Source: Sedimentibacter sp.
GTDB taxonomy: Bacteria; Bacillota; Clostridia; Tissierellales; Sedimentibacteraceae
Assembly (NCBI GenBank): GCA_017995755.1
Contig: JAGOIH010000001.1
Location: forward strand, 1-60,492
Reading direction: 5' to 3'
Length of the DNA stretch: 60,492 nucleotides
Shown here piece by piece: positions 52,052 through 60,492 of this stretch. The notes under the pieces are model-generated. The model saw only the letters and a list, made by a program, of their open reading frames with translations. It was not told the origin of the DNA and made no database searches. A program made the position numbers and the translations under genes. The number at the start of each line of letters is the position of its first letter. Position 1 is the stretch's first letter.

Positions 52052-53422
52052 TTAATACCTGTTGCTGCCTTTTCCTTCTTTATTGACCTGTCTTGCTCTT
52101 GCGATTGCCAAATCGCCTTTTTTAACATTTTCAGTAATCGTTGAACCTGCAGCCACATATCCGCCCTCTTCTATTGTAACAGGAGCAACTAAATTGGAAT
52201 TGCTCCCGACAAAAGCCCTGTCCCCAACTATTGTTTTATACTTATTCTTACCGTCATAATTAACAAATACAACTCCGCATCCAATATTAGCATGTTTGCC
52301 TACTTCTGCATCGCCAATATATGACAGATGGGATGATTTTGAATTATCCCCGATGATAGAGTTTTTTACTTCTACAAAATCTCCTATTTTTACATTCTTC
52401 CCCAGCCTGCTTCCCGGTCTTAAGAAAGCAAAGGGGCCTATTAATGTTCCATCGTCTGCATAGGATTCAATCATTTTAGAATTTTCCACAGTAACATTAT
52501 TGCATAAGACAGAATTGATTATCCTGGAATTAGGTCCTATTTTACAGTTGTCCCCTATAACTGTTCCTTCCTCCAAATATGTATTTGGATAAATAACCGT
52601 ATCTCTGCCGATTATCACTGTATCATCAATATATGCATTATCTGGGTCAACAATTGTAACCCCTGAATACATGTGTCTTTGGTTGATTCTTCGCTGCATT
52701 ATTTTATTTACTTCCGCAAGCTGAACCCTGTCATTTACAGCCTTGATTTCATCTGCATCCTCTAGAAGCCATCCACCTGTTTTAGTACCCTGGTTATTTA
52801 ATACTTTTATTGTATCGGTTAGATAATATTCATTCTTTGAATTATCCCTGGTTATTTTTTTTAAAGCATCCTTTAAGAGGTGCCCTTTAAAACAAAATAT
52901 ACCTGTGTTTATTTCCTTAATATTTTTAATTTCTTCAGATGCATCTTTTTCTTCAACAATTTTGTCAATAGAACCATCCCTGTTTCTTACTATCCTTCCG
53001 TAACCTTTGGGATTATCTAATTTTGCTGTCATTACAGTTGCAGCATAATCATTTTCAAAATGATAGTTCATGAAGCCGGTCAATGTTTCTTTTCTGATAA
53101 GTGGTCCGTCACCACAAAGTATTAAAACCGTGTCCACATCGTCAATATGGTTTTCTGCAGCCATTACGGCATAACCCGTTCCATAGGGGAAGCTTTCGCC
53201 GATAGGCTGCTCGACAGTTTGTACATTCATTTCTTTGATATTATGTCCAACTTTTTCTTTTCCATGTCCCAAAACAACAATATTTTTTTCTATGCCTGAT
53301 CTTACTGATGCTTCAATTATATATTTAATCATTTCTTTTCCGCAAACTTTGTGCAGTGTTTTAGGAATATCTGATTTCATTCTGGTCCCTTCACCTGCTG
53401 CCAAAATAATTGACATATTCAT
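52052..53422 (-). CDS. glmU: Bifunctional UDP-GlcNAc pyrophosphorylase/acetyltransferase
   Basis: LAAGEGTRMKS, GYGRI, EYYLTD, hexapeptide repeats, NYDG. Confidence 0.97.
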   Translation of the reverse strand: MNMSIILAAGEGTRMKSDIPKTLHKVCGKEMIKYIIEASVRSGIEKNIVVLGHGKEKVGHNIKEMNVQTVEQPIGESFPYGTGYAVMAAENHIDDVDTVLILCGDGPLIRKETLTGFMNYHFENDYAATVMTAKLDNPKGYGRIVRNRDGSIDKIVEEKDASEEIKNIKEINTGIFCFKGHLLKDALKKITRDNSKNEYYLTDTIKVLNNQGTKTGGWLLEDADEIKAVNDRVQLAEVNKIMQRRINQRHMYSGVTIVDPDNAYIDDTVIIGRDTVIYPNTYLEEGTVIGDNCKIGPNSRIINSVLCNNVTVENSKMIESYADDGTLIGPFAFLRPGSRLGKNVKIGDFVEVKNSIIGDNSKSSHLSYIGDAEVGKHANIGCGVVFVNYDGKNKYKTIVGDRAFVGSNSNLVAPVTIEEGGYVAAGSTITENVKKGDLAIARARQVNKEGKGSNRY

Positions 53423-53459
53423 AATTAATTCTCCTTAATGGAAACTGTAATTCCAAATT

Positions 53460-53488
53460 ATTATATATCATATTATTTGCTAAGTCAA
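53460..53488 (-). promoter_or_regulatory. Sigma-A promoter of glmU
   Basis: TTGACT-17 nt-TATAAT. Confidence 0.7.
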
Positions 53489-53497
53489 AAAAATATT

Positions 53498-53621
53498 CAT
53501 ATATTGCAGGGGAATTCTTCAATTTATCAGTTCGCTTAAGCTCACATAAATTGAGAATTCTGTGCGTTTGACCTACCAGCCATTTTTCAGCAAAATGACT
53601 CTGAAAAATGGGGTTAGGCAT
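53498..53621. repeat. ~120-bp structured intergenic element, copy C (divergent)
   Basis: TTGACCTACCAGCCAT...ATGGGGTTAGGCAT plus a left hairpin GAATTC...GAATTC. Confidence 0.75.
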
Positions 53622-53691
53622 AATAAGAACCCCACCCAACGATGCAATCGAAGATTGCTTGGCTACCCGGGAACCTTGTTGTTTGCACAAT

Positions 53692-53712
53692 AAAAGGGTC
53701 TTTGAAAGACCC
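53692..53712 (-). terminator. Terminator after spoVG
   Basis: GGGTCTTT-CAAAGACCC-TTTT on the minus strand. Confidence 0.7.
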
Positions 53713-53746
53713 GAGTACTGTTGATTGAAAACCATCAGCAACAGCG

Positions 53747-54040
53747 TTACAAAAGAGCAGCTTCTTCCACGTTCTCGCTTTCTTCTGTGCGCTTTTCTTC
53801 ATATGCTCTGAATACTGCCTCTGATACAAGATTTCTTGTTTCAGAATTAATGGGATGAGCTATATCCTTAAATTCCCCATCCGGCATCTTCCTGCTGGGC
53901 ATTGCTATAAACAACCCTTCCTGACCTTCAATTATCTTAATATCGTGTACCACAAAACAATCATCAAAGGTTACGGAAACGATTGCCTTCATCTTGCCCT
54001 CAGAATTGATTTTCCTTACCCGCACATCTGATATCTTCAT
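53747..54040 (-). CDS. spoVG: Septation regulator SpoVG
   Basis: [35 protein letters not shown]. Confidence 0.96.
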   Translation of the reverse strand: MKISDVRVRKINSEGKMKAIVSVTFDDCFVVHDIKIIEGQEGLFIAMPSRKMPDGEFKDIAHPINSETRNLVSEAVFRAYEEKRTEESENVEEAALL

Positions 54041-54147
54041 GTTGTCACCACCTTCCCCCAAAATTATGTCCATTTTATCTATTGTACTATAAAAAACTGA
54101 AGAATGCAAAAAAACATTTTCATAATTTTGTTCTTAAACATATGACT

Positions 54148-54969
54148 TTATTTTAACAATTTAGTATTTGGATGAATTTCAATAATTCCTTCCTTTAAAC
54201 TCATATTATTAAGCACCAATAATGAAGTATAATTGTCTACCAATTTCTTTTCAGGCTCCATAGTTTCAATAACAACAGCAGTTCCCACCACATCTGCATT
54301 GAATTCTCTCATCATGTCCTCAATTCCCTTGCAGGTTCCGCCGCCCTTCATAAAGTCATCCACTATAAGAATCTTGGAATATTCCTTTAATGATCTTTTT
54401 GACAATGACATGGTCTGTATATTGTTAGATGAGCCGGACACATAATTAATGCTGACCGTTGCTCCTTCTGTAATTTTATTGTTTCTTCTTATTACAGCCA
54501 CTGGCACATTCAGCCTTTGTCCCGTGATTATGGCCACGGGTATTCCTTTTGTCTCTACGGTAACGATATAATCGATATGCCTGTTATTAAATTCAGAAGA
54601 AATTACTTTAGCAATATTCGACACTATGGCTGGATTGTTGAATATGTCTGTCATATAAATAAATCCGCCGGGAAGTATCCGGTTTTTTTGCGAAAATAAG
54701 GAACACAGGTGTTCAAGAATATCATTTCTTTCCTTATTTCCCAATCTTGGTATGAACAAAACTCCCCCCGAAGCTCCGGAAATAGTTTCAATCCTTCCGA
54801 AATTCATCTCTTCCGCTAAATCCTTAACAATTGCCACATCTTCGCTTATTGTGGATTTTGCTGCATTGAAAATTTCACAAAAGTAATTATATGAAAATAA
54901 GTAATTTGGTTTTTCGGCAAAAATTTTCATTAATGCACCAATTCTTTGATTTCTTTTATATTTTTTCAT
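54148..54969 (-). CDS. purR: Pur operon repressor (Bacillus type)
   Basis: AKSTISED, GASGGV, RILPGG, TEGATVSINYVSGS, VDDFMKGGGT. Confidence 0.95.
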   Translation of the reverse strand: MKKYKRNQRIGALMKIFAEKPNYLFSYNYFCEIFNAAKSTISEDVAIVKDLAEEMNFGRIETISGASGGVLFIPRLGNKERNDILEHLCSLFSQKNRILPGGFIYMTDIFNNPAIVSNIAKVISSEFNNRHIDYIVTVETKGIPVAIITGQRLNVPVAVIRRNNKITEGATVSINYVSGSSNNIQTMSLSKRSLKEYSKILIVDDFMKGGGTCKGIEDMMREFNADVVGTAVVIETMEPEKKLVDNYTSLLVLNNMSLKEGIIEIHPNTKLLK

Positions 54970-54980
54970 ATTATCTCCGA

Positions 54981-55015
54981 CGAATGTTTTTATATTATTA
55001 TATTATAAATGTTCG
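54981..55015. promoter_or_regulatory. Paired PurBoxes upstream of purR
   Basis: CGAAT-25 nt-GTTCG, matching the GAAC-N24/25-GTTC arrangement known for B. subtilis PurR. Confidence 0.6.
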
Positions 55016-55183
55016 TATAATTCAAGTGAAATTTGGGGACGAATGTGTCCCCATGAATAATAACATACTGTACAAATATTAAATAATAAGAGCATCAGAC
55101 CTTTCATCCTGAATAATGTGAAGGACAATGAAATCTTTCGCCTCATTCAAGATTTCAAACCTGTGAGGGTGTAAGCAGCATTA

Positions 55184-55879
55184 TCAGTTTAACTGTCCGC
55201 CGGCAAAAATTATAGCCCTTTCTGCCAAAACCTCCATAGGATTAATAAAGCTTCCTTCAAATTTATATAGATACTGTGCCGATGAAAGCTCTGTGCATCC
55301 CAGTAAAAATGCAGTTGCTCCCAGGTCTTTCAATTCATTTACACATTCAAAGAAAAGGTCCGTTCCTGCATCATAGTTTCCCTTCTTGATAACATCATAG
55401 ATAAATTCCATAATTTTGCCCTGAGTTTTTATCGGGACCAGGGTTTTTATTCCCAGCCCGGCATAATAATTTTCATAAATTTTTGTTTTAATTGTTCCAT
55501 CGGTTGCCATTATTCCTACAAGAGCATCTTTTCCATATTTGTCATATGTATACTTTACCGTCTCTTCAGGCATGTTAATAAATGGAATATTAATATTTTT
55601 CTTTATTTCATCAATAAAATAGTGTGCCGTATTGCATGGCATTATTAAAAAGTCTGCACCGGAATTTTCAAGGATTTTCGCTGAATTAACCAGTTCTTTT
55701 ACAGGACTTTCCCCGATGCCGAGTATTGCCTTTGTCCTGTCCTGAATATTGGTATTGCTGTCAATTAACACACGTATGTGATCCTGGTCTTTTTCCGCCT
55801 TTGTTCTTAAAACTATTCTCTCGAATAAATGCACAGTGGCAAGAGGTCCCATGCCGCCGATTATCCCTATTGTTTTCAT
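55184..55879 (-). CDS. Aspartate/glutamate racemase family protein
   Basis: GIIGGMGPLAT, PCNTAH, LGCTEL. Confidence 0.9.
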   Translation of the reverse strand: MKTIGIIGGMGPLATVHLFERIVLRTKAEKDQDHIRVLIDSNTNIQDRTKAILGIGESPVKELVNSAKILENSGADFLIMPCNTAHYFIDEIKKNINIPFINMPEETVKYTYDKYGKDALVGIMATDGTIKTKIYENYYAGLGIKTLVPIKTQGKIMEFIYDVIKKGNYDAGTDLFFECVNELKDLGATAFLLGCTELSSAQYLYKFEGSFINPMEVLAERAIIFAGGQLN

Positions 55880-55963
55880 AGCCCACCTCTTCATCTTTTA
55901 TTGATGAATTATATCATAATTATTGCATTGTAACAATAATATTATTGGGACTCACTAGTTTTA

Positions 55964-56641
55964 TCAGCACAAATCCAGGTAGTTTACCCCATCTTCAGGT
56001 ACAATGATTTTAACACTATTATCATTTTGGCTGCCTGCTGCAAACAATGTGTAATGCATATAAGGTGCAGCATCCATACTGTGCTCCAAAATTTCTGTAC
56101 CGTCCGGTTTCCTTAAATGCAATATATATCTTCCGGAAGGAACAGCCACATTGCAGGATACCTTTCCGTACTTAATATCAGAAAACAGAACCGTTCCGTC
56201 AGATGCAGACAATACTACCTCCGGTTCATCAGGGCATAAATTTGCCAGTCTTAGTGCTGACATATTGCTGCCCATATGGTGCACTTTTTTTTCAGGTACC
56301 ATTAATATGCAGATGTCTGATATATCTTCGTCATCTGCTGAAACAACGGCGGTGTATGTCAAGTTGTTATCTATGTCTATATCCGATTCAAATACTAAAT
56401 CGCCCTTTGCGTGCATTACAACATGGTAGGAAGACGGAGGAAACTTCACATACCTCGTAAACTCCCCTGACTTTAAATTTTCTCCCATAAGAATGTCATT
56501 GACCTGGATATCCAGCGGCATATTAAATGTATTAAGAACTCTTACATATGATTTTTTGCAGAAACAGCTTGCCATCATTGTATTGTAGTCCATAAATCCG
56601 CCATTTGGATATGTATTATAATATTTATTTATGTCAAACAC
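55964..56641 (-). CDS. DUF4397-like hypothetical protein
   Basis: SYVRVLN and LRLANLCPDEP repeats resemble DUF4397; GTG start. Confidence 0.55.
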   Translation of the reverse strand: MFDINKYYNTYPNGGFMDYNTMMASCFCKKSYVRVLNTFNMPLDIQVNDILMGENLKSGEFTRYVKFPPSSYHVVMHAKGDLVFESDIDIDNNLTYTAVVSADDEDISDICILMVPEKKVHHMGSNMSALRLANLCPDEPEVVLSASDGTVLFSDIKYGKVSCNVAVPSGRYILHLRKPDGTEILEHSMDAAPYMHYTLFAAGSQNDNSVKIIVPEDGVNYLDLC

Positions 56642-56902
56642 GAACTCACCCCTTTTTTTATATTTTATGTAGGCTGTGCAATAAACGTTCAGTTTGCTTT
56701 ATAAAATGTGAGTTTAATACTTTTTACAAAAACGAACAATTTTCTCCAATTCCAGGACTAAAAACAGTTTGCCCTTGATACTGCTTTACTATGGGGTTTT
56801 AAATTGTATAATGTTGTTTACATAATTTAAATTATGTAAACCCCTATACATTATGTTTAAACGATTTCTATTATACTTTCCTACTATATCATCTTGGCAA
56901 AT

Positions 56903-56944
56903 AAAAATGCGGAACTTCCTTATTTATTGGAAGATCCGCATTTT
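56903..56944 (-). terminator. Terminator after leuS
   Basis: AAAATGCGGA.CTTCC...GGAAG.TCCGCATTTT. Confidence 0.75.
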
Positions 56945-56948
56945 CCCG

Positions 56949-59360
56949 CTATTTAACTACTAAATTAAATATTTTACCCGGAATATATATTTCTTTTATA
57001 ATTGTTTTTCCTTCTAAATATTTTAAAATATTTTCGTCGGCTTGTGTTAATTCTCTTACGGTATTTAAATCCGCATCCTTGGGTAATTCTATTTTCCCTC
57101 TAACCTTCCCGCTTATCTGTACGGGGAGCTCAATGATATCCTCAATTGTTTTTTCTTCATCCCAAGAAGGCCACTTTGTCTGGTTAAGCATTCCTTCAAA
57201 ACCCTGTTCCTGCCATATTTCTTCAGCAATATGCGGAGCTACGGGATACAGAAGAGTAATAAATGTTTTTAATTCGTCGCCTGTAATGTATCCATCGTTG
57301 AAAATTTCATTTACAAAGGTCATCATGGCAGCAATTGCAGTGTTAAATTTCATAGCCTCGAAATCTTCGCTGACCTTTTTAATTGTTTTATGCATAAGAG
57401 TCATGTGTTTTTCGGAATATCCCTTGTCAAAACTTTTCATCTCCTGCATTTTCCAGGTCCTGTCAAGAAATCTCTTACATCCCTTTACGCTTGCATCATT
57501 CCAGATAGCATATTTTTCATAATCCCCTATGAACATAATGTAAGTTCTTAAAGTATCCGCACCGTATTCGTCTACTATATCGTTGGGATTAACAACATTG
57601 CCTCTTGATTTGGACATTTTCTCCCCGTCTGCACCAAGTATCAAGCCCTGGGCAGTACGTTTTGCATATGGCTCTTTAAAGGGCACAGCGCCTATATCAT
57701 AGAGGAATCTGTGCCAGAACCTTGAATAGATCAAGTGTCTTGTAACATGCTCCATACCGCCGTTGTACCAGTCTATAGGACCCCAGTAGTCGAACTTTTC
57801 CCTTGATGCTATTGCATCTTTGTTGTGGGGGTCAATATATCTTAAGAAATACCACGATGAACCCGCCCATTGAGGCATGGTGTCAGTTTCCCTTTTTGCA
57901 TCTTCACCGCATACAGGGCATTTTACATTCACCCATTCCGGTATATTTGCCAGGGGTGATTCTCCTGAATCGGTGGGCTGGTAATTTTCAACATCCGGCA
58001 GCAGCAAAGGAAGCTCATCCTCCGGCACATTGACCATGCCGCAGTGAGGACAGTGAATTATGGGAATCGGCTCGCCCCAGTATCTTTGTCTGTTGAAAGC
58101 CCAATCCTTCATCTTGTAATTTACTTTTTCTTCTCCAAAATTATTTTCTACCAAATAATCAGTTATCTTTGCTATTGCATCCTTAACCCTTAACCCGTTA
58201 ATCATACCCGAATTTACAAGTATTCCGTCTTCTACATCGGTAAATGCTTCCTCTTTTACATTACCTCCGCCTATTACTTCAATTATGGGAATATTGTATT
58301 TTTTTGCAAAATCCCAGTCTCTTTGATCATGGCCGGGAACACCCATAATAGCTCCTGTTCCATAGCCCATCATAACATAGTCTGCAACCCATACCGGCAC
58401 TTCTTCTTTATTGACGGGATTTATTACAGTAAGCCCTTTTATCTCTACACCCGTCTTGCTTTTAGCCAGCTGGACCCTTTCAAACTCGGTTTTCTTTTTT
58501 GTTTCTTCCTGGTATTCTTTTATTTGGTCCATATTTCTGATCTTGTGCTCGTACTTTTTAAGGAAAGGATGTTCTGGAGCCATTACCATAAATGTAACCC
58601 CGTAAAGGGTATCCGGTCTTGTGGTAAATACTCTTAAATTGTCCTCTGTATCCTTTAATTTAAAATCGACTTCAGCACCATAAGAACGGCCTATCCAGTT
58701 TTCCTGTTCAAGTCTGATACGGGGTAAATAATTAACTTCGTTTAAACCGTCTAAAAGCTTATCTGCATAATCTCTGATTCTCAAGAACCAGACATCCTTT
58801 TCCATCTGCACCACCTGGCTGCCGCAGCGGTCGCATATGCCGTTTTGGGAATCCTCGTTTGCAAGAACAACCCTGCAGCTGTTGCAGAAGTTTACATATG
58901 TTTTATCCTTATAAGCCAGACCATGCTTGAATAACTGCACAAATATCCACTGAGTCCATTTATAATACTCAGGATCTGTTGTATCAACGCTTCTTGACCA
59001 GTCAAATGAATATCCCGCTGCATTAAGCTGTGCAGTAAATATCCTGATATTATCATCCGTGACCTTTCTTGGGTGCTTTCCTGTCTGTATTGCATAGTTT
59101 TCCGTAGGAAGACCAAAGGCATCCCAGCCAATGGGAAACAATACATTATATCCTTCCAATCTTCTTTTTCTGGAAATTACCTCTATAGAAGTGTATGCAC
59201 GTATGTGTCCTACATGCAGTCCTACTCCTGATGGATATGGGAACTCCACAAGACCGTAAAATTTCTTCTGGTCTGTATTGTCCTTTGCCTTAAAAGTCTC
59301 GTTCTTTCTCCATATTTCCTGCCATTTTTTTTCAATAGCCTGTGGATTATATGATTTCAT
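56949..59360 (-). CDS. leuS: Leucine-tRNA ligase
   Basis: FPYPSG, HVGH, RQRYWGEPIP, KMSKS. Confidence 0.97.
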   Translation of the reverse strand: MKSYNPQAIEKKWQEIWRKNETFKAKDNTDQKKFYGLVEFPYPSGVGLHVGHIRAYTSIEVISRKRRLEGYNVLFPIGWDAFGLPTENYAIQTGKHPRKVTDDNIRIFTAQLNAAGYSFDWSRSVDTTDPEYYKWTQWIFVQLFKHGLAYKDKTYVNFCNSCRVVLANEDSQNGICDRCGSQVVQMEKDVWFLRIRDYADKLLDGLNEVNYLPRIRLEQENWIGRSYGAEVDFKLKDTEDNLRVFTTRPDTLYGVTFMVMAPEHPFLKKYEHKIRNMDQIKEYQEETKKKTEFERVQLAKSKTGVEIKGLTVINPVNKEEVPVWVADYVMMGYGTGAIMGVPGHDQRDWDFAKKYNIPIIEVIGGGNVKEEAFTDVEDGILVNSGMINGLRVKDAIAKITDYLVENNFGEEKVNYKMKDWAFNRQRYWGEPIPIIHCPHCGMVNVPEDELPLLLPDVENYQPTDSGESPLANIPEWVNVKCPVCGEDAKRETDTMPQWAGSSWYFLRYIDPHNKDAIASREKFDYWGPIDWYNGGMEHVTRHLIYSRFWHRFLYDIGAVPFKEPYAKRTAQGLILGADGEKMSKSRGNVVNPNDIVDEYGADTLRTYIMFIGDYEKYAIWNDASVKGCKRFLDRTWKMQEMKSFDKGYSEKHMTLMHKTIKKVSEDFEAMKFNTAIAAMMTFVNEIFNDGYITGDELKTFITLLYPVAPHIAEEIWQEQGFEGMLNQTKWPSWDEEKTIEDIIELPVQISGKVRGKIELPKDADLNTVRELTQADENILKYLEGKTIIKEIYIPGKIFNLVVK

Positions 59361-59395
59361 TTTTTGCCTCCATTTTTATTCTTGTTTAATAGGGT

Positions 59396-59568
59396 CAGGG
59401 CATACTGCAGTCGACCTTCACCAAAATATCTGCTCCCTTTGGGGCATACTGCAGTCGACCTTCACCAAAATATATGCTCCCTTTGGTCGCATATTTTGGG
59501 AACTCGTTGCTGTTGACCTATCAGCCATCTGTTCATCGCTAAAGCTCGAACATATGGGGTTAGGGCAT
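59396..59568. repeat. ~120-bp structured element, copy B, with a 44-bp tandem duplication
   Basis: 59398-59441 repeated at 59442-59485 (one mismatch); right half matches copy A. Confidence 0.88.
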
Positions 59569-59570
59569 AC

Positions 59571-59783
59571 AAAAATCTTCCTCCCTTTTGGGACGAAGAT
59601 TCCGCGGTACCACCCAAATTAGGCCTAAGCCTCACTCAATACTATAACGGCATCACCGTTTGAAACTACTTTATTTCGCTTCAAATACTCATGGACGAGT
59701 TCAGTTTTTCAAATACCGCCTTCCACCAACCGGCGGCTCTCTTACATTGTTTACAAACCTACTGCTTCCAATCACAGTATCTT
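59571..59783 (-). ncRNA. T-box riboswitch (Leu, specifier CUC)
   Basis: AGTA, AGAGA, GGTGGAA stem-I motifs; GAA-CTC specifier; TGGGTGGTACCGCG T-box; terminator AATCTTC.TCCC-AAAA-GGGA.GAAGATTTTT. Confidence 0.93.
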
Positions 59784-59914
59784 ATTAACTTTTCAATCGA
59801 TTATACCAGAACAAAAAACCTATTGCAATAACAAATTATAAATCTTTACAAAATTTACTAAAGCTTATGTAATCTTTATTAAATTCTATCTAAAATGACA
59901 TAGGTTCAGAACAT

Positions 59915-60277
59915 TTATTCACTAATCAGCTTGCCGCATCTTATTCTATGGCAGCACCTTTCTTTGTGAGAATCTCCGTCCCCGTCACAAAGTTTGTAAT
60001 CTCCGCCTTCTATTCTAAGAACCTTCCCGTTTACCAGGGATTCTGCTATCTTTTTTCTCGCTTCCTGATAAATACCCTGGACAGTAGTCCTTGCCACATT
60101 CATTTGACCTGCACATTCCTCCTGGGAAAGACCTTCCAGATCTATCAATCTTATTGTTTCATATTCATCAACGGACATTATAACAAAATGTTCTTTCTCT
60201 ACAGAAAAATCCAGCGGTCCAAAACGGTTTACATCCGGCAGGCAGCAAACCTTTCTCCATTTTCTCGGCCTGGGCAT
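59915..60277 (-). CDS. DUF134 family putative DNA-binding protein
   Basis: MPRPRKWRKV, DEYETIRLID.EGLSQEECA..M.VAR.T. Confidence 0.88.
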   Translation of the reverse strand: MPRPRKWRKVCCLPDVNRFGPLDFSVEKEHFVIMSVDEYETIRLIDLEGLSQEECAGQMNVARTTVQGIYQEARKKIAESLVNGKVLRIEGGDYKLCDGDGDSHKERCCHRIRCGKLISE

Positions 60278-60492
60278 TCAAAACACCTCATTTCAATAAT
60301 ATAGCCTAATTATAACTTATTTATGAAATATGTCAATAACTCAGAATTACCCTCTTGGTATTCCCTCTAGAGAAGTCAAACATATGTGACACAGACCTCT
60401 GAAAATTTTCTACGAATAATGCTGTGGTTTTTTTTAATTGCTAATAATTATTTTGTCAAGGAGGAAAGCGATAGCGATCCTTGATTAAATAA

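Noticed and set aside
56641-56740. PurR or LexA boxes upstream of the DUF4397-like gene
   Set aside because: CGAAC/GTTC half sites are present, but the spacing fits neither N4 nor N24-25.
59398-59485. 44-bp direct repeat as a CRISPR array
   Set aside because: Only two adjacent units, no spacers and no cas genes.

Overview
Low-GC chromosomal segment from an anaerobic, spore-forming Firmicute (gene content suggests Clostridia/Tissierellia; inference). Almost all genes lie on the minus strand. Most of the window is housekeeping or catabolic: tRNA-Pro(CGG), selO, ogg, topB, ssb, ychF, a sigma-54-controlled 3-hydroxybutyrate/acetoacetate operon, pspA, methionine gamma-lyase, a pur operon (L-E-F-M-N-H-D, no purC/K/B), iorAB-buk, the purR-spoVG-glmU-pth-mfd-prsA-spoVT block (without prs) and T-box-controlled leuS. 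Two things stand out. (1) An operon at the left edge, truncated by the window, encodes three cobalamin-binding radical SAM enzymes, a methyltransferase and two GNAT-type acyltransferases; one resembles the YghO/bacterial ceramide synthase family, so this may be an undescribed modified amide-lipid pathway. (2) A dispersed ~120-bp intergenic element (three full copies, one fragment, all in the same orientation) consists of three alternately oriented TAGG(G/T)CA cores separated by two hairpins. The hairpin sequences differ between copies, while pairing, GA/GA apex and bulge position are largely kept. No CRISPR array, integrase or transposase is visible.
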